Positions 1 to 8,458 of a stretch of 28,448 nucleotides of DNA are shown piece by piece. Positions within the stretch are counted from its first letter, which is position 1; each line of letters starts with the position of its first letter. The position numbers and the translations under genes were made by a program. The DNA comes from Candidatus Levyibacteriota bacterium. GTDB taxonomy: Bacteria; Patescibacteriota; Microgenomatia; Levybacterales; GWA1-39-11. The DNA is taken from contig JACQKO010000001.1 in NCBI GenBank assembly GCA_016204525.1, positions 1 through 28,448 on the forward strand, in the 5' to 3' direction. The notes under the pieces are model-generated. The model saw nothing but the letters and a program-made list of their open reading frames with translations, ran no database searches and was not told the DNA's origin.

Positions 1-5
1 AAAAA

Positions 6-998
6 ATGAAAAAAAATAAAGTCTTAATTTGTGGAATTACCGGATTTATTGGTAGAAATATAGCCGAAAGATTAATAAAAAGAAACGACATCCAGCTTTT
101 TGGCACATATTTTAGATCTAAACCAAATAAAGAATTTATAAAAAACAAAAAAATTACCCTTATAAAAGCGGATCTGACCAATAAAAACAACGTTAATGAA
201 GTAGTGAGCGGTAAGGATATTATTATTCAGGCTGCAGCTGTGACAACCGGCGCAAAAGATGTGGTCACGAGACCCTATATTCATGTAACAGATAATGCGG
301 TAATGAACAGCCTGTTATTTCGCTCCTGCTTTGAAAATAAAGTTAAACATCTAGTCTTTTTTAGTTGTACCACAATGTATCCCAACCAAAATCTGCCAGT
401 GAAAGAGGAAGATTTTAACCATCAAATTATCGATAAATATTTTGGGGTAGGTTGGACAAAAGTTTATATCGAAAAGATGTGTGAATTTTATTCTAAAATT
501 TCGAATACCAAATACACTGTCATCAGACACTCCAACATTTACGGTCCTTATGATAAATATGATTTGGAAAGGTCTCATTTTTTTGGGGCAACCATCACCA
601 AAGTATTGAAAACCCGCGATGACCCGCCTGCCGGCGAGGCAGGTAAAATCAGCGTTTGGGGAGACGGCTCTGAAAAAAGAGATTTATTATATGTCTCGGA
701 TTTAGTTGATTTTATTGAAGTTGTCCTGAGAAAGCAAAAAGAACAATTTGAGCTAATTAATTTAGGGCTAGGTTCAGCTTATTCCGTAAAAGATGTAATA
801 AACAAGATTATCAAAATTTCTGGCAAAAAGATTAAGTTGGAATTCGATACTTCCAAACCGACAATCAAATTTAACCTGGCTGTTAATATTGGAAAGGCGC
901 GGAGAAAATATAATTGGAAACCAAAAGTCTCGCTTGTTGAAGGCATCAGAAGAACAATATCCTGGTACGAAGAAAATATTTTAGATGAAAAAAACTAA
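6..998 (+). CDS. NAD-dependent epimerase/dehydratase (extended SDR, GDP-fucose-synthase-like)
   Basis: GITGFIG Rossmann motif, RHSNIYGPYD, VWGDGSEKRDLLYVSD. The usual YxxxK position reads VGWTK. Confidence 0.85.
   Translation: MKKNKVLICGITGFIGRNIAERLIKRNDIQLFGTYFRSKPNKEFIKNKKITLIKADLTNKNNVNEVVSGKDIIIQAAAVTTGAKDVVTRPYIHVTDNAVMNSLLFRSCFENKVKHLVFFSCTTMYPNQNLPVKEEDFNHQIIDKYFGVGWTKVYIEKMCEFYSKISNTKYTVIRHSNIYGPYDKYDLERSHFFGATITKVLKTRDDPPAGEAGKISVWGDGSEKRDLLYVSDLVDFIEVVLRKQKEQFELINLGLGSAYSVKDVINKIIKISGKKIKLEFDTSKPTIKFNLAVNIGKARRKYNWKPKVSLVEGIRRTISWYEENILDEKN
624..644 (+). repeat. GC-rich hairpin element inserted in frame in the first SDR (encodes PPAGEA/G)
   Basis: CCTGCC(627-632)-GGCGA-GGCAGG(638-643) inverted repeat in AT-rich coding sequence; similar to the element at 17774-17794. 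Confidence 0.7.
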
Positions 999-2004
999 AA
1001 AAAGCTTTTATGAGGGGAAGTCGGTTTTGGTGACCGGCGGAACCGGTCTTGTAGGTAGACAGCTAGTGCAATTGCTAATTGAGAAGCGTGCAAAGATAAC
1101 TGTTGTATCACTTGATGATCCAAAGATAGCGCCATATGGGGTCAAGTTTGTAAGGGCAGATCTAAGAGAGTTTTCAAACTGTTTAGAGGTTTGCCGCGAT
1201 AAGGAAATTGTTTTTCATCTAGCAGGTATTAAAGGCTCTCCCGCATTAACATCTAAACAACCGGCTTCTTTTTTTGTACCAACTATCACTTTCAACACTA
1301 ATATGATGGAGGCTTCAAGAAAAATGGGAGTCTCAAGGTATTTATATACATCTACTGTAGGGGTTTATGCTCCGGCTAAAGTTTTTAAAGAAGATGACGT
1401 ATGGAAAACATTCCCTTCTCCCAATGATCGCTTTGCAGGATGGGCTAAACGCATGGGGGAATTACAGGCTGAAGCTTACAGAATTGAATATGGTTGGAAT
1501 AAAATTTCTATCGTTAGGCCGGCTAACATTTATGGCCCATTTGATAATTTTGATCCCCAAACCTCAACCGTCATAGCATCCCTTATAAAGCGCGTACTTG
1601 ATGGGGAGAATCCCTTGATTGTTTGGGGAGACGGCTCTCCCATTCGCGACTTTATTTTTGCTCGCGATGTAGCAAGAGGGATGATGTTGGCTGTTGAAAA
1701 AGGTGTTAGTGTGCCGGTAAATCTGGGTAGTGGTAGGGGTATAACTATAAAGGAACTTGCGCAAACAATTGCAAAACTTGCACCTCGCGGGCCTATTAAA
1801 ATTATTTGGGATAAAACAAAACCCCGCGGGGATGCAAAAAGGCTTATGGATATAAGTCGGGCAAAGTCGCTTCTAGGTTTTAAACCAATGGTCTCGCTTG
1901 AGCAAGGGATTAATGAAACTATAGAATGGTACATGGAGAACAAAGATCTTTTGAATAAGCGCTATAATGTTTTTTATGAAAATAAAGTCAGAGAACTTAA
2001 GTGA
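985..2004 (+). CDS. NAD-dependent epimerase/reductase (GDP-L-fucose synthase / GDP-mannose epimerase-like SDR)
   Basis: GGTGLVG, RPANIYGPFDNF, VWGDGSPIRDFIFARD, NLGSG. The YxxxK position reads AGWAK. Confidence 0.85.
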   Translation: MKKTKKSFYEGKSVLVTGGTGLVGRQLVQLLIEKRAKITVVSLDDPKIAPYGVKFVRADLREFSNCLEVCRDKEIVFHLAGIKGSPALTSKQPASFFVPTITFNTNMMEASRKMGVSRYLYTSTVGVYAPAKVFKEDDVWKTFPSPNDRFAGWAKRMGELQAEAYRIEYGWNKISIVRPANIYGPFDNFDPQTSTVIASLIKRVLDGENPLIVWGDGSPIRDFIFARDVARGMMLAVEKGVSVPVNLGSGRGITIKELAQTIAKLAPRGPIKIIWDKTKPRGDAKRLMDISRAKSLLGFKPMVSLEQGINETIEWYMENKDLLNKRYNVFYENKVRELK

Positions 2005-2008
2005 ATCT

Positions 2009-2056
2009 ATGAACCCCGTTGGGATGAAAGTTTTAGTTACCGGCGGTGCGGACTGA
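2009..2056 (+). pseudogene. Remnant 5' end of another SDR epimerase gene (MNPVGMKVLVTGGAD*)
   Basis: ATG at 2024 gives MKVLVTGGAD then TGA. This matches the start of a Rossmann fold (next gene starts MKILITGGAG) and is truncated at a GC-rich element. Confidence 0.65.
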
Positions 2057-2118
2057 GCCTCGGCTTCGGCGAGGGCGAGGGAGCACGGCTGCGAGCGGTA
2101 GCGAGACAGCGGTGGTAG
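2051..2118. repeat. GC-rich intergenic palindromic element with a cUUCGg hairpin
   Basis: CCTCGGC-TTCG-GCGAGG stem-loop with one bulge, plus GCGAG repeats; far more GC-rich than its flanks. Confidence 0.55.
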
Positions 2119-2133
2119 AAATTAATTAAACAA

Positions 2134-3066
2134 ATGAAAATACTCATCACAGGTGGCGCTGGTTACATAGGTTCAATTCTTGTCCCTTTATTACTAGAAA
2201 AAGGTCACGAGGTAACAGTTGTTGATAATTTTTTCTATAACCAGAATTCACTCCTGGATGTATGTTCTAATCCAAAGCTTGCTGTCGTACGAGGAGATGC
2301 ACGGGACAAAAAGCTCTTGTCATCTTTGATCAGGGGGCAAGATTTTATTATACCATTGGCTTGTCTTGTGGGAGCACCTCTATGTGATAAATTTCCGGAA
2401 GAAGCAAGTGCAATAAATCTTGATGCGATAAAAATGATTTTAAAACTTCGATCGCCACGGCAAAAAATTATTTTTCCCAATACTAATAGCGGTTACGGTA
2501 CTGGTAAGGCTGGTATTTATTGTACTGAGGAGTCACCCTTAAGACCCATATCTTTATATGGTCGTCTAAAAGCAGAAGCGGAAAAGATATTACTTCAATC
2601 AAAGAATGTTATAACTTTTCGTCTTGCGACCGTTTTTGGCATAAGCCCACGTATGAGACTTGATCTCTTGGTAAACGACTTCGTTTATCGAGCAGTAAAT
2701 GACGGTTACATTGTATTATTTGAGGCAGATTTTAAGAGAAATTACATTCATGTTCGGGATGTAGCGCGTGCATTCATCCATTGTATAGATAACTTTGAAA
2801 AAATGAAAAATGAACCATATAATGTTGGTCTTTCAAGCGCAAACCTTTCCAAAAGGGAGCTTTGTGAGGAGATAAAAAAGCAAGTACCTCGTTTTACTTT
2901 TGTAGTCTCTGAAATAGGAAAAGATCCGGATCAGCGTAATTACATTGTCTCAAACGAAAAAATTGAAAAGACTGGTTTTAAACCGAAGATTTCCCTAAAG
3001 ATGGGTATTTCAGAACTAATAAAGGGATATCAAATTATCAGAAGGAATGAATTTGCTAACATATGA
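2134..3066 (+). CDS. NAD-dependent epimerase/dehydratase
   Basis: GGAGYIGS, canonical YGRLK, RLATVFG, RNYIHVRD. Confidence 0.9.
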   Translation: MKILITGGAGYIGSILVPLLLEKGHEVTVVDNFFYNQNSLLDVCSNPKLAVVRGDARDKKLLSSLIRGQDFIIPLACLVGAPLCDKFPEEASAINLDAIKMILKLRSPRQKIIFPNTNSGYGTGKAGIYCTEESPLRPISLYGRLKAEAEKILLQSKNVITFRLATVFGISPRMRLDLLVNDFVYRAVNDGYIVLFEADFKRNYIHVRDVARAFIHCIDNFEKMKNEPYNVGLSSANLSKRELCEEIKKQVPRFTFVVSEIGKDPDQRNYIVSNEKIEKTGFKPKISLKMGISELIKGYQIIRRNEFANI

Positions 3067-3114
3067 ATTCCGATAGAAAGCTTTATCTTATTTGTAGGTG
3101 CGAAACCTTACAAG

Positions 3115-3137
3115 GTATTCACCAAAAGTAAATGACA
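3115..3137 (+). repeat. 23-bp direct repeat, copy 1 (includes the ATG of the HD gene)
   Basis: GTATTCACCAAAAGTAAATGACA; 21/23 identical to 3975-3997. Confidence 0.85.
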
Positions 3138-3953
3138 GAAAATATTGATAGAACAGTCAAAGATAGTAATGCAACTGGATTTTGGGCGAGCGTGGGTTTT
3201 AAAGTCAGAGAAGGAATGAGGATGCATAAGCTTACTGGTCAATTAGAAAAAGGGCCCGATAGCTGGAGGAATGTAACAGAGCATTGCTTAGTTCAAACGG
3301 CAAGATCAGAAATTTTGGGGAGATGGATTGGATTACCAGAAGATTTGATTAGAGATATGAGAATGGGCGCAATATTGCATGATTTTGACAAAAAAGAGGA
3401 AATGGCTGTTATCCGACAGGCCAACCAAATTGGCGCATCGCCTTTATCGCCTGTTAGATCCGAGGGAAAAATTGCAGACGATTTATTAAGGACCTCTGGT
3501 TTCAGTGATAGAGTGATAAGGCTTGCGGATTCTTCGGGAGTAGATGCTCCTCAATTGATTGAGGCACAAAGAATTTTGGATCAGGAGAGTTTGTCAGACG
3601 AGGATCTAGCTTGGTTAGTAGTTCATTACGTTGATGATTGTTCTATTGGAACAGATTGGGTACTGAGTAGTCAAGAAGGCAGAAATATAGTTGATTTTCG
3701 CATGGGGCAAAATAAAAGCAAAGCTGACTACGTTAAAATTTCCCAGGAGATAGCCCAGGAACTGGCTAATCATCCTAAATTTCGCGGAATGAATATTTAT
3801 GATGCAGCTGTATCTGTGGATCGCCAAATCGAGAGAAGATTTGCTCAGAGAATTAAAGGAATAACAGGAGATGATGTAGATCCTCTCACTGTTCCAGAGC
3901 TGGTCGATCAAAAAATTAGAGAATCTATTGAAGAGTTCCCTAAGTCTTCTTAG
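3132..3953 (+). CDS. HD-superfamily metal-dependent phosphohydrolase-like protein
   Basis: Upstream His (TEHC), LHDFDK HD motif, downstream HYVDD acidic motif. Confidence 0.7.
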   Translation: MTENIDRTVKDSNATGFWASVGFKVREGMRMHKLTGQLEKGPDSWRNVTEHCLVQTARSEILGRWIGLPEDLIRDMRMGAILHDFDKKEEMAVIRQANQIGASPLSPVRSEGKIADDLLRTSGFSDRVIRLADSSGVDAPQLIEAQRILDQESLSDEDLAWLVVHYVDDCSIGTDWVLSSQEGRNIVDFRMGQNKSKADYVKISQEIAQELANHPKFRGMNIYDAAVSVDRQIERRFAQRIKGITGDDVDPLTVPELVDQKIRESIEEFPKSS

Positions 3954-3974
3954 CGAGCTTGTTTCTAGGCCAAT

Positions 3975-3997
3975 GTATTCACCAAAAAGAAATGACA
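3975..3997 (+). repeat. 23-bp direct repeat, copy 2 (includes the ATG of the next SDR)
   Basis: GTATTCACCAAAAAGAAATGACA, 860 bp from copy 1. Confidence 0.85.
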
Positions 3998-4771
3998 TTT
4001 TTAACAACAGGGTATAAAAGTGGGCTTGGGCGTTATCTTTATGAATATTTCGGGGGGGAGGGTTTTGATCGCAATTCTAAACTCGAACAAGTTAGCCGTG
4101 AGGGCGCGGATGTGATAATTCACTGTGCATCCCAACCACCTGGAGCTGTTACATCAAGTACGCTTTATCCATTTATTGATGATAATGTGTTACTTACAGA
4201 GCGAATTAGCCGAATTCGCCATAAAAAATTTATTTTTATTTCATCTGTCGACGTTTATCCAAAAAACTCTAGTTCACATAACGAAGAAAAAGATATTCCA
4301 CTTGACTCAATAACAAATTTGTATGGTATAACTAAACTCATGTCCGAGTCCATCGTTAGAAACAAGTGCCCGAATTATCTAATTCTTCGATGCGCGGCGC
4401 TTCTTGGAATCTACTCGCGGCAAAACTCCCTGATCAAAATAGCGCAAGAAGAAAGTCCGGTACTCACTCTTACAGCTTCCTCCGTCATGAATTATATCCT
4501 GCACAGACAAGTTGCTGAATTCATAAAACATGCTGTAGACAATAATCTTTCCGGCATTTACAATGCGGCATCTTCTCAAAATATAACGCTTGCACGTGTT
4601 GCTAAGTTACTTAAGAAAAATGTAAATTTTGGTCCTCATTCATACATGGTGGGGAATATTTCCAATCGAAAAATTTCTAATGTTTCCTCTCTCTTTGCGA
4701 GAACGTCCGAAGAAATTATCGAGCAATTCATAAAGGAGGACCTGATTAAGAGGAAGGCATCTATATCATGA
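3992..4771 (+). CDS. NAD-dependent epimerase/dehydratase family protein
   Basis: TGYKSGLG degenerate Rossmann motif, ISSVDVY, YGITK. I preferred ATG 3992 over the in-frame TTG at 3959. Confidence 0.8.
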   Translation: MTFLTTGYKSGLGRYLYEYFGGEGFDRNSKLEQVSREGADVIIHCASQPPGAVTSSTLYPFIDDNVLLTERISRIRHKKFIFISSVDVYPKNSSSHNEEKDIPLDSITNLYGITKLMSESIVRNKCPNYLILRCAALLGIYSRQNSLIKIAQEESPVLTLTASSVMNYILHRQVAEFIKHAVDNNLSGIYNAASSQNITLARVAKLLKKNVNFGPHSYMVGNISNRKISNVSSLFARTSEEIIEQFIKEDLIKRKASIS

Positions 4772-5430
4772 AAACGACACTTTTGGTCCCGACTTTAAAT
4801 GAAGTCGAGGGTATGAAGGCAGTTATGCCGCGCGTAAAAAAACAATGGGTCGATGAAATATTAGTGGTGGATGGCGGCTCTACGGATGGAACCGTAGAAT
4901 ACGCAAAGCGACGAGGCTATCGGGTCGTAATGCAAAAATCAAAAGGAATTACAAATGCTTATCGCGAGGCCTTAAAAGTTGTCAAAGGCGACTACATTGT
5001 AGCTTTTAGCCCGGATGGAAATTCTGTTCCTGAGGCTATACCCAAACTTATCAAAAAAATAAAGGAAGGTTATGATATGGTAATCGCGTCAAGATACGCA
5101 AAAGGCGCAAAAAGTGAAGACGATGATCCGGTTACGGCTTTAGGCAACTTCCTGTTTACAACAGTAATTAATATATGTTTTGGCGGGCATTATACAGATA
5201 CGCTTGTTATGTTTCGAGTATTTAGGAAAGATATCGTTAAAAACATTCCAGTTGGTCTTCCCAGAGCTGGCTTAGAACCAATTCTGTCTATTCGATGTGC
5301 CAAACAAAAGCTTAAGGTTACCGAAATTCCAGTCAGCGAACCTAAGCGGATTGGTAGTCCGCGCAAGATGATTCCTATTCTAAATGGCCTAGATGTTCTC
5401 CGCCTGATATTTTTAGAGCTAATACACTAA
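4768..5430 (+). CDS. GT2 glycosyltransferase (polyprenol-phosphate sugar synthase / DPM1-like)
   Basis: PTLNE, VVDGGSTDGT, SPDGN, DMVIASRY. ATGA overlap with the upstream gene. Confidence 0.85.
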   Translation: MKTTLLVPTLNEVEGMKAVMPRVKKQWVDEILVVDGGSTDGTVEYAKRRGYRVVMQKSKGITNAYREALKVVKGDYIVAFSPDGNSVPEAIPKLIKKIKEGYDMVIASRYAKGAKSEDDDPVTALGNFLFTTVINICFGGHYTDTLVMFRVFRKDIVKNIPVGLPRAGLEPILSIRCAKQKLKVTEIPVSEPKRIGSPRKMIPILNGLDVLRLIFLELIH

Positions 5431-6125
5431 CGCGGCTTCTTTAAGACACACTCGATCGAGAACTCTCCCGGGTTGAATTTGGCCGGGACGTTCGGATCGT
5501 AACCCTCTTTACAAATCTTTGCGTAGACGATCTTGGCGTCTGCAAACAACCGTTCGATCAGCGGCACAAGGCCGATCGTGTCGGGTGGGTCGTCGCGGTC
5601 GACGAGGAAATAGTGCTTGTGATCCAGGCTTAAGTCGGACGGGAGGGTCTTTTTGCGTTCAGCGAGGTTGCGCTCGGGGACGTAGAGCAGAAGATAGCCG
5701 CCCGGCTTGACCACTCGCCACCAATTCCTGAGCGCGAGCGTCGGGTCGGCCAGATGCTCGAGCAGGTGCGACGAGTAGACAAAATCAAACTCGGCATCGG
5801 GTACGCCCGCAAGCAGGTGTGCGTCGCCGTGCTCGATGTCCCAACCACGGCAACCCGGAACGATCACATCGCCGCCGTAGCCGACGTCTAGACCCTGTCC
5901 CCGGCAGTACTTCGCAAAGAAACCCTCGCGGTCGCGACGCGACCGCGCCTTGCTCGTCTCGCGCTTGATGGTTGGCCGCTTGAGGACGCGGAAGCGGTAC
6001 CGGTTGACATTGTAATAGATGGTCGGCAGATACTTGAAAATCCTGCCTGGGATGATCCTGTTCGCAGCGGAAAAGAGCTTCTCCTCGACATACTGGAGCG
6101 GGCCGATCAATCCTCGTAAGTTCAT
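5427..6125 (-). CDS. Class I SAM-dependent methyltransferase (type 11-like), GC-rich
   Basis: GLDVGYGGD motif I, FDFVYSSHLLEHL, WWRVVKPGG. Likely start is ATG 6125 (the ORF is open to 6152). Sampled GC is 58-65%. Confidence 0.85.
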   Translation of the reverse strand: MNLRGLIGPLQYVEEKLFSAANRIIPGRIFKYLPTIYYNVNRYRFRVLKRPTIKRETSKARSRRDREGFFAKYCRGQGLDVGYGGDVIVPGCRGWDIEHGDAHLLAGVPDAEFDFVYSSHLLEHLADPTLALRNWWRVVKPGGYLLLYVPERNLAERKKTLPSDLSLDHKHYFLVDRDDPPDTIGLVPLIERLFADAKIVYAKICKEGYDPNVPAKFNPGEFSIECVLKKPR

Positions 6126-6210
6126 AATTAAGTTTATTGCAGAAATATACATACGTCAAGGGAATGATTCCCCTTTAACGCTTGTTCGTCTATTGCGTTA
6201 TTGCCTAGGG

Positions 6211-6270
6211 GGAGGAAAAATGGTAAAGTCTCATACACGTGCGAATAGAGAAAGTTATCAAAACAATTGA
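6211..6270 (+). other. Shine-Dalgarno GGAGG plus a 16-codon ORF (MVKSHTRANRESYQNN*) overlapping the GTG start of the next gene
   Basis: GGAGG at 6211-6215, ATG 6220, TGA 6268-6270. The downstream gene is in the +1 frame and is closed upstream by TAA at 6224-6226. Confidence 0.5.
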
Positions 6271-8458
6271 CAAAGGAACATGGATTGTTTTTCTCTTTTT
6301 TGCGGTTACTGTCTTCTTTGTCTTCCGTGATTTGTTTAACTCATATTTTGTTGCAGATGAATGGTTTCACTTTACTCATTACTTACCACTGACTAAAAAA
6401 AGTGAGGGATTATTCACTGCAATGCTGTCTCCATTCATAAGCACTGGAGAATTATCAGGAGGTCAGCACGTAAATCCCATTGCTTCAAGTATATTTTTTC
6501 TAAATTCCAAACTTTTTGGCATGAATTACGTTCCTTACGCGGTTATGTCGCTTCTTCTGCATGCGGTAAATAGTTTTTTGGTCTTTCGACTAATACTATT
6601 ATTTCTTAAAAATAACTAGGATCGTGTTTTATTCGCATTATCGGGTGGAGTATTTTTTGCTTTTGCTCCAACCCCACTTCATACTGTAACTGGAGCAGCC
6701 CCTTTTTATGGAGAAAATGTTTTGTCGGTAACCTTTGTACTTTTTAGCATCCTTTTACTAAAACTTGCATATTCTTTTAAGAATAAAAAATACCTATACC
6801 TTTCCCTCCTTTCGCTTTTTGGGGCAGTATTTAGTAAGGAAACGGCCGGATATCTTTTTCTCCTTTTACCAATACTTGTGTTTATTGAGGAAAGGGTAAG
6901 AAGAAATAGGACCTTCTCTTTGAGGTTTTTAAGTAAGTTATTTGTTTTTTGTTTAATACTTTATGTTGTGATTCGATTTGTGATTCCTGGAATCGGAAAT
7001 CTTTTATCAGGCGCTAACAAAATTCGAGCAAAAGCAGTTGATACGGGTACAATTGTTAGTCGCGATCTATCGATTCATAAAAACTTACCTCTTGAGATTG
7101 TATTCAGAACCATTACATACCCAATAAGAATGACAGGTACTGTATTTGTTCCGCGAGACACAGTAGTTTTTATGGTTGAAGCACTGGCACCGATTGTGCG
7201 TCCTACACCTTCAGGCGGCGACCGGACAGGACAGGTTGAATTTATCTTGGGGTCAGGACCCTATACCGTCATTTATTTATTTAGTATTGGGATGCTTATA
7301 TATATATTTTTAAAAATCAAAGATTCGTTGTTGAGTAAAAAGTACCAAGAATCCGCGGCCTTAGTTTTTGGCATTGGCACTATTTTTCTTGCTTCATTAC
7401 CTTTGGTCGTGATTATCTTTGCTTTTCCAAGATGGGGATATGATAGTTATTTTGATGGAAGGCACTACTACCACCCGACAATTGGTGCAGCAATTATATT
7501 TCCGTTTTTGCTCGAAGACACTTCGAGATTTATCTCGAAAATATTTAAGAGCCGCGTAAAAGCATCAGCAACTTTTGTAGGACTTTTTTTATTATGGCTA
7601 ATTAATAACATGTTCATTTTTAACTATAACTTTGGCCAGATTGTTAATAAATATAATGGAGACAGAAGAGAAGTTTTGGTACAACTTAAAAAACATCTCC
7701 CTGTCCTACCCAAAAAAGTAGCATTTTACTTTGAAACGGATGGTAATTCCATTTATGGACCGATACTTCCTTTTCAAACAAGTGTTCCACAAGCAATAAG
7801 TGTTTACTATTATAAAACAAGCCCATTACCTAACAGTTTTTTCGAAAATACAATACTTAATGGAAAAGCTGAAGGATATCAAGTTGCCCAAGGACAAGGA
7901 TTCGGGTACTACATGAATAAAGATAAGCTGGCAGAAGATTTATCTCGGGGCGAATTTCAGGTTTCGAATATCTACGCTTATCATTATAAAGCGGGCGAGG
8001 TTAGACTTTTGGATATTTCTCAAAAAATTCGTTCCGAAATGGCTGATTATCTTGTGGAGGCAGAAAAAACCAAAGACTGGAAGTTATTCAAGGATAAAAT
8101 TCAAGTATTTTCGTTTTTGTATCCACCTGAGGCAATTATTAATCAAGAAGACAATACAATGACAATCAATATTACTCATCCATCATTTTCTCTTAATCTT
8201 TTCGTAACTATTGTTTCACCAGGATTTAATGCAAATGAATATTTACAAATAACAAGTAAAGGCAATTTGGGGATTGTTAATTCCAAAAAAGTTTCATATG
8301 ATAAGTTCCATTCAAAAGACGCTGTGGCTATTAGTGAAAATGGTCAAATCGAATACTTAATTCAGTTAACAGATAAATTGATCGTCGGGGAGACAGATCA
8401 AAAAGATAACACGTTTGTTGAGAAAATTTTAGGATCCATCGTGATACTTACAAAGTAA
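6239..8458 (+). pseudogene. Multi-TM GT-C-like membrane protein interrupted by one in-frame TAG (6617-6619); 739 codons if read through
   Basis: ORFs 6239-6619 and 6722-8458 share a frame. The 34 codons between them are open and hydrophobic (DRVLFALSGGVFFAFAP...). ADEW acidic motif follows the first TM. Confidence 0.7.

Noticed and set aside
3115-6125. Integron cassette array (HD gene, methyltransferase)
   Set aside because: No attC-like GTTRRRY/RYYYAAC imperfect inverted repeats were recognised and there is no integrase.
5519-6159. Arg-rich overlapping ORFs in the GC-rich segment
   Set aside because: Expected from stop-codon scarcity at high GC; only the methyltransferase frame has motifs.
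6617-6619. Genome-wide stop-codon reassignment (code 25 TGA=Gly, or TAG recoding)
   Set aside because: TGA ends many genes with ATGA overlaps, and TAG ends the HD and acyltransferase genes at plausible C-termini.
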